NCBI GenBank assembly: GCA_045532575.1
Contig: JAZSGE010000077.1
Span: 1 to 61,906, forward strand
Direction: 5' to 3'
Source: Eubacteriales bacterium
GTDB lineage: Bacteria; Bacillota; Clostridia; Oscillospirales; CAG-272
Length of the DNA stretch: 61,906 bases
Of this stretch, positions 8,601 through 17,011 are shown piece by piece. The notes under the pieces are model-generated. The model was given only the letters and a program-made list of their open reading frames with translations. It did no database searches and was not told where the DNA came from. Numbering within the stretch: the first letter of the stretch is position 1; the number at the start of each line of letters is the position of its first letter. The translations under genes were made by a program, and so were the position numbers.

Positions 8601-9471
8601 GGTCACCTTCAACGATCTCTACATCGTCGGTAACTTTGACGGTGACTCAACCGAAACTATTCCCGTAACCGGCGAGCAGTACCAGCTTATCGCCGGCTCG
8701 ATGTCCTTTGACGGCTTTGTGGTGAGAAGCGGTTACCTCAACCTGAACAACGTGACCATGGTCGGCATGCATAAGGCCATCCACTCGACGGGCTTTGCCA
8801 ACGCTCCCTACGATGGTGAGAACGACCTCAAGGCGGCCTACACGCCTGCACGCCTCGAGACCAAGGTCATCCTCACCGACGTGAAGATCACCGAGTCCTT
8901 CGCGAACGCCCTCTTTGCCTGGGGTCAGGTGCAGGCCGAGCTCTACAACTGCGAATTCGCCCGTTGCAGCGGTCCTGCGATCGTCTTCTCGGATACCGAT
9001 ATCACGAAGACCGCGTATGATGCCGGCTACGGTAGCAAGCTGACCTTCGGTGTCGGCACGACGGTTGAGAACTACGTGAGCGGTACTGAGGCGTGGTTCC
9101 AGGCCTACGGTGTTGCAGGGCAGGTCGGCAAGATGGAGCAGGTGATCGACTCTCAGCTCGGCGGTGCCGCTACGAGCAAGAAAAACGGTCTCTTCAACCT
9201 GGTGCTGGCGGTCAATGCGGCCAGCGACACGCGCTTCCCCGGTCCCGGTACCTACCAGGAGTACTACGAGGATCACTACGAGGCCCCCTGCATTGACATT
9301 GTCTTCCCCGAAGATACACCCACCTACAACGGCCTGTACCTGTTCCCCATCAGCGGTGGCGCTGACGCCTTTATCCCCGTAGGTGATTCTGTGTTCTCGG
9401 AAGCCATTCTTCCGATTGATTCCAAGATGGCAGGAATGCAGCTCCTGATCCAGGTCTTTGCTCCTAACTGA
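5668..9471 (+). CDS. 1267-aa lipoprotein with Listeria-Bacteroides (Flg_new) repeats and a large C-terminal domain
   Basis: Signal peptide plus lipobox (MFASC). Repeated P-x-R/E-GY-x-F-x-GY motifs (REGYVFLGY, AGYNFGGY, RDGYRFKGY, EGHNFVGYY). Confidence 0.8.
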   Translation: MKHTIVKLLIAVLLIGALVAMFASCGLGGASEFTVTIKDGDKTLKTLTFDKDATIEIDLDDTALLKPGYEVDALYTDAALTAKFEGTPTATADLTLYVKYEPRPFKIIVIDDPNSTNYRQVDVTYGAAYEITPPTREGYVFLGYTHVQDGAPVAFPLSGTYDKTNTISVSGQWKKLAAITVFDELTDEQVGTVIYADAEGNFTLPAVTDTNAGYNFGGYVIPGVTLTKQNDGTYTGKVTSDGNLTATRKWTEVPKYTLIVNGLEGDDAMDPAAYATGATFTLPVAPTRDGYRFKGYTVGGEALTVGANGEVTFTWSAATTITAVWEYIPKVTVMNGTTPVGATFALPADGHFTLDAVGNTAENNFRGYTGPAGFTATYNATTGKYDCVYTGTTDLTVYYSWEGVRYIVFESNGPAVAPILIVDGVTEYTLPTLADTDAYYFIGFKKGNDTITGTFTLAGDDLDGDGDVTLTAVYQKKVFIRFHDGTTWKACLVEQDGDYTLEAPTAEGKTFVRFTRDSDLFPLTGNYEGTEDLTIIVEWYVIPTFNWSVDANGGAFAPNTTTNGTAYESTEIELPTPTLEGHNFVGYYYGDGIALVKNGDKYVLPAYADVEAKNLVLIAKWEIQTGALGWQTNSDGKIIGYYREENGGEIIHVFLTNGSFYFPGGEISFGGDTSAIEPKRDGEKYGFLAKAPGTFTMTQNGVTIKCRVEYAITSAGEGSNTASRNEANFKGKIDTVLDAGHTNFLPDIVAGTVSLDKIPLKGITIERVDTTDPENPIYAPLEDAEDKYTLLPNGAINFDDTLIGATLRITYTPKYALPEDIANGEALASVTVKLNGGVNVYTNDELYAEYSNLNTRVINILRNITAAMQAEHCAHGHPVGCCYEFERLGSDADPVPINEYKHGVYTRTYDKWYDSLTVNGNCYTIDGSKLPKVDGRKKPSSYDGLFVGTGYASVNMQIGIFTCYANYDTSSDTAESPEVTFNDLYIVGNFDGDSTETIPVTGEQYQLIAGSMSFDGFVVRSGYLNLNNVTMVGMHKAIHSTGFANAPYDGENDLKAAYTPARLETKVILTDVKITESFANALFAWGQVQAELYNCEFARCSGPAIVFSDTDITKTAYDAGYGSKLTFGVGTTVENYVSGTEAWFQAYGVAGQVGKMEQVIDSQLGGAATSKKNGLFNLVLAVNAASDTRFPGPGTYQEYYEDHYEAPCIDIVFPEDTPTYNGLYLFPISGGADAFIPVGDSVFSEAILPIDSKMAGMQLLIQVFAPN

Positions 9472-9488
9472 AAAATTGTCCTATCCCC

Positions 9489-9520
9489 GACACGGCAGCT
9501 GCGGCTGCCGTGTCTTTTTC
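9489..9520 (+). terminator. intrinsic terminator
   Basis: GACACGGCAGC-TGCG-GCTGCCGTGTC followed by TTTTT. Confidence 0.7.
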
Positions 9521-9628
9521 TTTGCGTGGGGCGCAAGCAAAGAGACGAGGCGTGTTCTTTTTGAGACAAAACCCGACGGGACTCGATTTTTTCCTCCACT
9601 TTCTTACGAAAAGGGGGGCATGCATCTA

Positions 9629-9657
9629 TTGACTTTCCGCACACCGTGTGTTATAAT
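9629..9657 (+). promoter_or_regulatory. sigma-A promoter of the hyd operon
   Basis: TTGACT at 9629-9634, 17-nt spacer, TGT-TATAAT (extended -10) at 9649-9657. Confidence 0.6.
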
Positions 9658-9710
9658 GAACGATGGTAATAATGGCGGTAGGGATACCGCGACAGATAAG
9701 GAGGAACCTC

Positions 9711-10202
9711 ATGGCTCATCTCAATGAGGCGGCTGTTGCCAAGATCACTGCGATCTGCGACAGATACGCCAACGAAACCACACCTCTGATGATGATTCTC
9801 AGTGACATTCAGACGGAATACGGCTATATTCCGATCGAGGTCCAGGAGTTAGTTTCGGAGAAGACCGGCATCTCGGTAGCCGAGATCTACGGCGTTGTCA
9901 CCTTCTATTCGTTCTTCTCGCTCAAGCCGAAGGGAAAGTACGTCGTCGGCGTTTGCCTTGGCACGGCCTGCTACGTCAAGGGTGCACAGCAGATCATTGA
10001 CAAATTCTCGGAGCTCCTCGGGGTCGCTCCCGGCGGCACCACGGAGGACGGGCTCTTTACGCTGGATGCCCTCCGCTGCATCGGCGCTTGCGGTATCGCC
10101 CCCGCCGTCACCATCAACGGCAAGGTGTATCCGAAGCTCGCCGTTTCCGACGTTCCCGCCATTGTTGACGAATACAGAAAGCTTGGAGGTGCCGAGGCAT
10201 GA
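9711..10202 (+). CDS. hydC: NuoE-like 2Fe-2S subunit of electron-bifurcating [FeFe]-hydrogenase
   Basis: AAGGAGG RBS. Thioredoxin-like 2Fe-2S pattern (VCLGTACYVKG ... RCIGACGIAP). Confidence 0.85.
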   Translation: MAHLNEAAVAKITAICDRYANETTPLMMILSDIQTEYGYIPIEVQELVSEKTGISVAEIYGVVTFYSFFSLKPKGKYVVGVCLGTACYVKGAQQIIDKFSELLGVAPGGTTEDGLFTLDALRCIGACGIAPAVTINGKVYPKLAVSDVPAIVDEYRKLGGAEA

Positions 10203-12067
10203 GTAAGATCCAGAATACCCAGGAGCTCGAGAAGAAGATCTGTTCTTGCACCGACGCTCTCCGTGATAAGTTCAACGGCAAGGACGGCAAGCGCGCTGTC
10301 GTGCTTTGCGGCGGTACCGGCTGCCTTTCGTCGAATTCCGCCGAGATCCAGAAGAAGATCATCGATCTCATTGCCGAAAAGGGTCTTTCCGACCGCGTTT
10401 CGGTCAACCAGGTCGGTTGCTTTGGCTACTGCTCGCAGGGGCCGTTCATCAAGATCTACCCCGAGGATACCCTCTACCGTCTCGTGAAGCTCGAGGACGT
10501 TGAGGAGATCGTCGAGCGTGATCTCGTCGGCGGCGAGGTCGTGGAGCGCCTGCTCTTCGTCGAGCCCGAGTCGGGCAAGCCGATCGCCCGTCAGGAGGAC
10601 ATCAACTTCTACAAGAAGCAGAAGAGAGTCGCCCTGCACGGCTGCGGCACCATCAACCCCGAGTCGATCGACGAGGCCCTCGGCTACGGCGCTTACGCCG
10701 GTCTTGCCCGTGCCCTGACGATGGACCGTGCCGACGTTATCAAGGAGATCCTGGATTCGGGTCTCCGCGGCCGCGGCGGCGGTGGCTTCCCCACCGGTCG
10801 CAAGTGGCAGTTCGCCTTTGCTCAGGAGAACGACGACAAGTACGTTGTCTGTAACGGTGACGAGGGTGACCCCGGCGCCTTCATGGACCGTTCGATCCTC
10901 GAGGGCAACCCCCTCGCCGTCATCGAGGGTATGGCCATCGCCGGCTACGCCATCGGTGCGAAGAACGGTTACTTCTACGTCCGTGCCGAGTACCCGACGG
11001 CGGTCCACCGCCTGCGCCTTGCCATCGAGCAGGCGAACGAGATCGGGCTCCTTGGCGATAACATCTTCGGCTCGGGCTTCTCCTTCCAGGCACATATCCG
11101 CCTCGGCGCCGGCGCCTTCGTCTGCGGCGAGGAGACGGCTCTTCTGAACTCGATCGAGGGTCAGCGCGGTATGCCCCGTCCCCGTCCTCCCTTCCCTGCT
11201 GTGAAGGGCCTTTGGGGCAAGCCTACCATCGTGAACAACGTGGAGACGCTGGCTTGCGTTCCTTACATCCTGCGCGAGGGCGCGGCGAAGTTTGCCGAGT
11301 GCGGCACCGAGAAGTCGAAGGGCACCAAGGTCTTTGCCCTCGGCGGTAAGGTCAACAACGTCGGTCTTGTCGAGATCCCGATGGGTACGACGCTCCGCGA
11401 GCTCGTGTACGACATCGGCGGCGGTATCCCCGACGGCAAGGCCTTCAAGGCCATTCAGACCGGCGGTCCCTCCGGTGGGTGTCTGACGGCTGAGTTCCTC
11501 GATGAGCCGATCGACTTCGACAACCTCGTGGCCAAGGGCTCGATGATGGGCTCGGGCGGTGCCATCGTCATGGACGAGGACAACTGCATGGTCGACGTGG
11601 CGAAGTTCTACATGGAGTTTATCTGCGATGAGTCGTGCGGTAAGTGCTCGCCCTGCCGTATCGGCACCAAGCGCATGCTGGAGATCCTGACCCGCATTAC
11701 CGACGGTAAGGGCACCATGAAGGATCTTGAGGAGCTGCGCGAGCTCGGTGAGACGGTCAAGACCAACTCGCTCTGCGCTCTCGGTCAGACGGCCGCCAAC
11801 CCGATCCTCTCGACGCTCGCCCACTTCGAGGACGAGTACATCGCTCACATCGTTGACAAGAAGTGCCCTGCCAAGGTCTGTAAGAACCTGATGCAGTACA
11901 AGATCCTTCCCGAGAAGTGCAAGGGCTGCAGCCTCTGCGCCCGCAAGTGCCCTGTGAACGCCATCTCGGGCGAGATCAAGTCGCCCTTCACGATCGATCC
12001 CGACAAGTGCATCAAGTGCGGTCTCTGCATCGCCTCGTGCAAGTTCGGTGCCATTATCAAGGACTAA
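10199..12067 (+). CDS. hydB: NuoF-like flavoprotein subunit of [FeFe]-hydrogenase
   Basis: ATGA overlap with hydC. GRGGGGFPTG FMN/NADH region. N-terminal 2Fe-2S domain. C-terminal two CxxCxxCxxxCP ferredoxin motifs. Confidence 0.9.
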   Translation: MSKIQNTQELEKKICSCTDALRDKFNGKDGKRAVVLCGGTGCLSSNSAEIQKKIIDLIAEKGLSDRVSVNQVGCFGYCSQGPFIKIYPEDTLYRLVKLEDVEEIVERDLVGGEVVERLLFVEPESGKPIARQEDINFYKKQKRVALHGCGTINPESIDEALGYGAYAGLARALTMDRADVIKEILDSGLRGRGGGGFPTGRKWQFAFAQENDDKYVVCNGDEGDPGAFMDRSILEGNPLAVIEGMAIAGYAIGAKNGYFYVRAEYPTAVHRLRLAIEQANEIGLLGDNIFGSGFSFQAHIRLGAGAFVCGEETALLNSIEGQRGMPRPRPPFPAVKGLWGKPTIVNNVETLACVPYILREGAAKFAECGTEKSKGTKVFALGGKVNNVGLVEIPMGTTLRELVYDIGGGIPDGKAFKAIQTGGPSGGCLTAEFLDEPIDFDNLVAKGSMMGSGGAIVMDEDNCMVDVAKFYMEFICDESCGKCSPCRIGTKRMLEILTRITDGKGTMKDLEELRELGETVKTNSLCALGQTAANPILSTLAHFEDEYIAHIVDKKCPAKVCKNLMQYKILPEKCKGCSLCARKCPVNAISGEIKSPFTIDPDKCIKCGLCIASCKFGAIIKD

Positions 12068-12082
12068 GGAGGAGATCAGGAA

Positions 12083-13849
12083 ATGGCTAACGTTAATATT
12101 AAGATCGAGGGTCAGCCCTACGTTGTCGAAGAGGGCATGACCATTCTGGAGGCCGCCCGCATCTGCGGCTATGAGATCCCCTCGCTCTGCGCCTTCAACC
12201 ACGGCGAATGCTCGCGCGGCTCCTGCCGCGTGTGCCTCGTCGAGGCGACCGGTGCGCGCGGCCTTGTTGCTGCCTGCGTGTACCCTGTGGCCGAGGGCAT
12301 GGAGATCCGCATCTCGAGCCCGAAGGCGGCGGCGGCTCGCCGTACCTCGGTCGAGCTTTTGCTTTCCAACCACAACAAGAACTGCCAGCAGTGCTCGAAG
12401 AACGGCAACTGCGAGCTTCTGCACGTCGCGAAGCTGACGGGTGCGCGCGAGGACATGTTCGAGGGTGAGAAGACCCCCGTGACGGTCGATCGCCTCACGC
12501 CCTCGATCGAGCGCGACACCTCGAAGTGCATTCTCTGCGGCCGCTGTGTTGAGCGCTGCAAGAACGCGCACGGCCTCGGCATCCTCGGCTTTGAGAACCG
12601 CGGCTTTGCCACCATCGTTGCCCCTGCCGGCAACCGTTCCTTTGCCGATTCGCCCTGCATCCTCTGCGGTCAGTGCGTCAGCGTCTGCCCGACCGGTGCT
12701 CTTATGGAGGTCTCCGAGATCGCGAAGATCGACAAGGCGATGGCCGAGGGCAAGCACGTGGTCGTCCAGACCGCTCCCGCCGTCCGCGCCGCTCTTGGCG
12801 AGGAATTCGGCATGAAGATCGGCACTGCCGTCACCGGTAAGATGGTCGCGGCGCTCCGCCGCCTCGGCTTCGCCAAGGTCTACGACACCAACTTCGCCGC
12901 CGACCTCACCATCATGGAGGAGGCCACCGAGCTTCTCTCGCGCGTCAAGAACGGCGGCAAGCTCCCGATGATCACCTCCTGCTCGCCCGGCTGGGTCAAC
13001 TACGCCGAGTACTACTACGGTGATCTGCTTGGGCACCTCTCGTCCTGCAAGTCGCCCCACGAGATGATGGGCGCGATCATCAAGTCCTACTACGCCGAGA
13101 AGAACGGTCTTGACCCCAAGGATATCTTTGTGGTCTCGATCATGCCCTGCACGGCGAAGAAGTACGAGAAGGATCGTCCTCAGCTCCAGAAGGACGGCAT
13201 CAAGGACGTCGATGCGGTCCTCACCACCCGCGAGCTTGGCGATCTCATCAAGCGCTCGGGCATCAACTTTGCACGTCTCCCCGACGAGGAGTTTGACGGC
13301 GACCTGCTCGGTGATTACACCGGCGCCGGCGTCATCTTCGGCGTGACGGGCGGCGTTATGGAGGCGGCCCTCCGTACCGCGTACTATGTCCTCGAGGGCA
13401 AGGAGTACAAGGACATCGCCTTCACCGCTGTCCGCGGCTTTGACGGCATCCGCGAGGCGACCGTCACGATGGGCGGCATGGACGTTAAGATCGCCATTGC
13501 CCACGGCATGAAGAACGCCAAGCCCCTGCTTGACGACATCCGTGCCGGCAAATCGCCCTACACCTTCATTGAGATCATGGGTTGCCCCGGCGGCTGTATC
13601 TGCGGCGGCGGCCAGCCCTATGTCCGTCCCTCGCTCCTCCCGAACGAGGCTCCCGACATTCTTGACACCTACAAGGAGAAGCGTGCGGCCGCGCTTTACA
13701 GCGAGGATGAGCGTCAGGTCATCCGTCAGTCGCACAACAATCCTCAGATCCAGAAGCTTTACAATGACTTCCTCGGCGAACCCAACTCTCACAAGGCGCA
13801 TGAGCTTCTTCATACGACCTACGAGGCACACGCCGAGCGCTATCGCTAA
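12083..13849 (+). CDS. hydA: [FeFe]-hydrogenase catalytic subunit
   Basis: N-terminal 2Fe-2S and 4Fe-4S motifs. H-cluster motifs TSCSPGW, MPCTAKKYE and EIMGCPGGCICGGGQP. Confidence 0.9.
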   Translation: MANVNIKIEGQPYVVEEGMTILEAARICGYEIPSLCAFNHGECSRGSCRVCLVEATGARGLVAACVYPVAEGMEIRISSPKAAAARRTSVELLLSNHNKNCQQCSKNGNCELLHVAKLTGAREDMFEGEKTPVTVDRLTPSIERDTSKCILCGRCVERCKNAHGLGILGFENRGFATIVAPAGNRSFADSPCILCGQCVSVCPTGALMEVSEIAKIDKAMAEGKHVVVQTAPAVRAALGEEFGMKIGTAVTGKMVAALRRLGFAKVYDTNFAADLTIMEEATELLSRVKNGGKLPMITSCSPGWVNYAEYYYGDLLGHLSSCKSPHEMMGAIIKSYYAEKNGLDPKDIFVVSIMPCTAKKYEKDRPQLQKDGIKDVDAVLTTRELGDLIKRSGINFARLPDEEFDGDLLGDYTGAGVIFGVTGGVMEAALRTAYYVLEGKEYKDIAFTAVRGFDGIREATVTMGGMDVKIAIAHGMKNAKPLLDDIRAGKSPYTFIEIMGCPGGCICGGGQPYVRPSLLPNEAPDILDTYKEKRAAALYSEDERQVIRQSHNNPQIQKLYNDFLGEPNSHKAHELLHTTYEAHAERYR

Positions 13850-13858
13850 GAAAAAACC

Positions 13859-13893
13859 GAGCGGAGTGCCGATGGCACTCCGCTCTACTCTTT
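13859..13893 (+). terminator. intrinsic terminator after hydA
   Basis: GAGCGGAGTGCC-GATG-GCACTCCGCTC, then a T-rich tract. Confidence 0.65.
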
Positions 13894-13911
13894 GATGAAA
13901 GAAGGATTTTT

Positions 13912-14739
13912 ATGGAACGCATTCTTACCGTTCAGGATATCTCTTGCGTTGGCAAATGCTCGCTGACCGTTGCCCTGCCTATCATCTCGGCAATGGGGAT
14001 CGAGTGCGCCATTCTGCCGACTGCCGTCCTTTCGACCCACACGATGTTCCGCGGCTACACCTTCCGCGACCTTACCGACGATCTTGATGGCATCATCAAG
14101 CATTGGGAGGCCGAGGGGCTTGGCTTCCGTGCCGTCTATACGGGCTATTTAGGCTCCGAGGAGCAGCTGAACACCGTGGCCCGCCTCTTTGACCTTCACG
14201 CGGGCGCTACGTGCATTGTAGACCCCGTGATGGCCGACAACGGCCGTCTGTACCCCGGCTTCACCGAGGAATTCGCCAAAAAGATGGCCGCGCTGTGTGC
14301 TAAGGCCGATATTATCCTGCCCAATATGACCGAGGCCTCGTTTATGCTCGGGATCCCCTACCCCGGCAACGACTATGACGAGGAGTACGTGCGCGACGTC
14401 CTCCGTCGCTTGGCGGCGCTCGGCCCGAAGATCGCCGTCCTCACAGGGGTCAGCTTTGAGCGCGGCAAGCTCGGTGTGATGGCCTACGACAGAGAGCGCG
14501 ATGAGTTCTTCTACTACTGCCGCGAGCATCTGCCGGCCGCCTTCCACGGCACGGGCGACATCTTCGCCTCGGCCTTTACGGGGGCCCTTGTGCGCGGCGG
14601 CGACTACCGCGAGGCCCTGCGCGTGGCCGCCGATTACACAGTCGAATGCATCCGCCTGACGCTCGATAATCCCGAGCACGTCAATTACGGCGTGGAATTT
14701 GAGCGTGCGATCCCCTATCTCTGCGAGCGGATCAAGTAA
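13912..14739 (+). CDS. pdxK: pyridoxal/pyridoxamine kinase
   Basis: N-terminus ILTVQDISCVGKCSLTVALPIISAMG and GTGDIFAS are typical of PdxK-family kinases. Confidence 0.8.
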   Translation: MERILTVQDISCVGKCSLTVALPIISAMGIECAILPTAVLSTHTMFRGYTFRDLTDDLDGIIKHWEAEGLGFRAVYTGYLGSEEQLNTVARLFDLHAGATCIVDPVMADNGRLYPGFTEEFAKKMAALCAKADIILPNMTEASFMLGIPYPGNDYDEEYVRDVLRRLAALGPKIAVLTGVSFERGKLGVMAYDRERDEFFYYCREHLPAAFHGTGDIFASAFTGALVRGGDYREALRVAADYTVECIRLTLDNPEHVNYGVEFERAIPYLCERIK

Positions 14740-14752
14740 AGGAATCGAAAGT

Positions 14753-14799
14753 AAAAAGCGATGGCTTGTAAGGTTATCTTTACAAGCCATCGCTTTTCT
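14753..14799. terminator. bidirectional terminator between convergent genes
   Basis: 15-bp stem AGCGATGGCTTGTAA / TTACAAGCCATCGCT, flanked by an A-run and a T-run. Confidence 0.75.
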
Positions 14800-14810
14800 G
14801 TTGGTGAGTG

Positions 14811-15527
14811 TCAGAGTTTTGCCGGTGTGGCCGATGCCAGGATCTCGTCGGTGTGCTCCATGACGCCCGCAGTACCGCCGAGCGAGCGACGGGCGGCACG
14901 CAAAAACCCGCGATAGGCGGCCGGGTGCGCGCCGTGGAGATCACTCCCGAAGGCGGCCACCGCCCCTGCCTCCACCATGCGGCGGAAGTAGGCGGCACGG
15001 CGCGAAAGGCCGAGGAGGGCCACCGCGTTGATCTGATAGAGGAGGCGCGAATCCTCAAAGAGGTATTCAAGGTCGGCGATCGGGTAACGGTCGATATGGG
15101 CGAGGATCGGTGTGATCCCCTGCCTTGCAATGCGGGAGACGGTGCGTACCGCCTCGCGCGACCAGCTGCCGAGCGGCATCTCGAGCATCAGGATGTCGGT
15201 CCCCTCAATGCAAAGGCGCGAGAGCCCCTCCATCTCATCCAGCCCGGGCACCACGAGGACCTCGGCACCGAGGTAAAGGGTCGGCCCCTCGGGGGCGGCG
15301 GTGAGCAGCTCGCGGATCGCTTGGCTACGGCGTGCAAGAAAGCCCTCGACCGAGGACTCCTCATGCGCGTAAAAGTGGGGGGTGGCCACCACAGCCGAGA
15401 GCCCCGCCGCATGCATCAGGCGGCGTTGCTCGACCCCGACGGCAAGCGTGGTGCTTCCGTGATCGACACCCGGCAGGCAATGCGTGTGAAAATCGGTCAG
15501 CGGCACCGCAGGTCTTCCCTTTCGCAT
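14811..15527 (-). CDS. PHP-family tyrosine-protein phosphatase (CpsB/YwqE-like)
   Basis: DFHTHCLPGVDHG, ATPHF, PILAHIDRY and GSDLHG motifs. Confidence 0.7.
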   Translation of the reverse strand: MRKGRPAVPLTDFHTHCLPGVDHGSTTLAVGVEQRRLMHAAGLSAVVATPHFYAHEESSVEGFLARRSQAIRELLTAAPEGPTLYLGAEVLVVPGLDEMEGLSRLCIEGTDILMLEMPLGSWSREAVRTVSRIARQGITPILAHIDRYPIADLEYLFEDSRLLYQINAVALLGLSRRAAYFRRMVEAGAVAAFGSDLHGAHPAAYRGFLRAARRSLGGTAGVMEHTDEILASATPAKL

Positions 15528-15970
15528 CAGAGGACCCCCGTTGAGCCAAAGCCGCCGGCACCGCGTGCGGTGTCGTCAAGGCTCTCGCATTCCGCAAACT
15601 CGGCGGTGATATACGGCACAATGACGAGCTGGGCGATACGCTCAAAGGGCTCGACCGTGGCAGGCGCCGTGCCGTGGTTATGGAGCGCGACCATCAGCTC
15701 GCCGCGGTAGTCGGCGTCAATGACACCCACCTTGTTGGCCGGGGCCAGCCCGCGCTTGGTGGCGAGGCCCGAGCGGGCGCAAATAAGGCCGACGGTGCCC
15801 TCGGGAAGGGCGACGGCCACACCGGTGCGAACAAGGACGGTCTCCCCGACAGCGATCGCCAGAGGGGCATCGAGAAGGGCGTAAAGATCGGCCCCGGCGG
15901 CGGCGGCGCTCCCGTAGGTCGGGAGCTTGGCGCGCTCATCCAGGCGCCGGATCGGAACGGGCATCGACAT
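15527..15970 (-). CDS. dut: dUTP diphosphatase
   Basis: AAGADLY, RSGLA and GVIDADYRGE motifs. Confidence 0.9.
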   Translation of the reverse strand: MSMPVPIRRLDERAKLPTYGSAAAAGADLYALLDAPLAIAVGETVLVRTGVAVALPEGTVGLICARSGLATKRGLAPANKVGVIDADYRGELMVALHNHGTAPATVEPFERIAQLVIVPYITAEFAECESLDDTARGAGGFGSTGVL

Positions 15971-16001
15971 AGCAGTACCTCGCAGAAAAAACTATGTCAT
16001 C

Positions 16002-16030
16002 AGTATAGCATATTGAAAAGGATTTTGCAA
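16002..16030 (-). promoter_or_regulatory. sigma-A promoter for the dut operon
   Basis: Minus strand: TTGCAA (16025-16030), 17-nt spacer, TGC-TATACT (16002-16007). Confidence 0.55.
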
Positions 16031-16109
16031 GAGGGGGGAGGAGAATTTGGTTGATAGCTTCCTACCCCGCTTTGTAGAATGCCGCGGCGGCCGCAGAGAA
16101 GGCTATCAT

Positions 16110-16139
16110 AAAAAGCACCCCCGTGGGAGTGCTTTTTTA
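16110..16139 (-). terminator. terminator after the small lipoprotein gene
   Basis: AGCACCCC / GGGAGTGCT stem with one bulge, flanked by A and T runs. Confidence 0.55.
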
Positions 16140-16179
16140 TACACAAATTGACAAGGCAAAAACGACGCATCAGACGAGA

Positions 16180-16527
16180 TTACTTCTTTTCAACCCTCTT
16201 GTATGTTGCCAGAAGTTCACCGTCATCGTCATAAAAAGTGAGTGTGTCTCCCTTCACCTTAAAGGTATACGTGACCGTGCTTGCAAGAATTCCCTGCAAT
16301 TTAAGTCTTCCGCCGGAGATCGAATAATTTCCCGCATAATTGGAATCACTGGAGGTATAGGTTTTATCCTCGAAGAATTCGAGATCGTCAAGCCGACCGT
16401 AGTCTCCGCGAATATAACCTTCCTCGGATTCCCATTTACCTAGTATCGACAAGCCGGAAAGCAAGCCACAAGCAGATACAGAGAAGACAGCAACGACGAC
16501 CAATAACAAAGCTACGATTTTTTTCAT
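16180..16527 (-). CDS. small lipoprotein, unknown function (low-GC islet)
   Basis: Signal peptide with lipobox VSAC. The region is AT-rich compared with its flanks. Confidence 0.65.
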   Translation of the reverse strand: MKKIVALLLVVVAVFSVSACGLLSGLSILGKWESEEGYIRGDYGRLDDLEFFEDKTYTSSDSNYAGNYSISGGRLKLQGILASTVTYTFKVKGDTLTFYDDDGELLATYKRVEKK

Positions 16528-16577
16528 AATTTGATACTCCCATATTCATAATAGTTTTTCCCTTTTCGCCTCGCCAA

Positions 16578-16638
16578 TTGTATTCTATTTTGTATTCGAT
16601 TTTTGAATATATACAAATTATAGCATATCACCTATAAT
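16578..16638 (+). promoter_or_regulatory. candidate operator/promoter of the RHH gene
   Basis: TTGTATTC at 16578-16585 and 16590-16597. An inverted, related GAATATATACAA at 16605-16616. TATAAT at 16633-16638. A further TTGTATTC at 16893-16900. Confidence 0.35.
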
Positions 16639-16660
16639 AATGTCAAGGGGGGATTAAAAA

Positions 16661-16843
16661 ATGGCTATTTTTCTTCCAAAAAAATATAACAAAGAAGTAA
16701 TTTCCATCAGAATTGATACACAAACCCTCGACACAATTGATAAAAAGGCGGGCAGCGTCGGTATCAGCAGAAATGAGTTTATCACCCAATGTATCGAGTT
16801 TGCTTTAGATAATATGGAGGATGAGACACCCCAGCCGCAATAA
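16661..16843 (+). CDS. ribbon-helix-helix (CopG-like) DNA-binding protein
   Basis: 60 aa. The pattern ISIRIDTQTLDTIDKKAGSVGISRNEFITQCIEFAL fits strand-helix-helix. Confidence 0.6.
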   Translation: MAIFLPKKYNKEVISIRIDTQTLDTIDKKAGSVGISRNEFITQCIEFALDNMEDETPQPQ

Positions 16844-16962
16844 ATCGGCTTTTTTCAGGAAGGGCCGTTCCCCCCGAAAGAAATTATCAATTTTGTATTC
16901 ATATATATAATCAAATATTTAGCACAATCGTAAATGAAAAGAGGGCTGTGTTTTTCACATAG

Positions 16963-16989
16963 CACCTCTTTTTCGGTTATGCCAAAATT
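16963..16989. repeat. 27-nt direct repeat, distal copy of the rplL 3' flank
   Basis: CACCTCTTTTTCGGTTATGCCAAAATT. Matches 17236-17264 apart from two extra T. Confidence 0.8.
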
Positions 16990-17011
16990 TTGCCCGAGAC
17001 CAGCTCAGTGG

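Noticed and set aside
9971-13831. 1286-aa ORF on the minus strand spanning the whole hyd operon
   Set aside because: It is antisense to three genes with unmistakable hydrogenase motifs. Its translation is low-complexity (Ala/Gly/Arg/Asp/Leu-rich). Long stop-free antisense frames are expected when sense codons end mostly in G/C.
16661-16843. RHH gene as the antitoxin of a toxin-antitoxin pair
   Set aside because: No toxin-sized ORF follows or precedes it on the same strand. The downstream 160 nt are non-coding.
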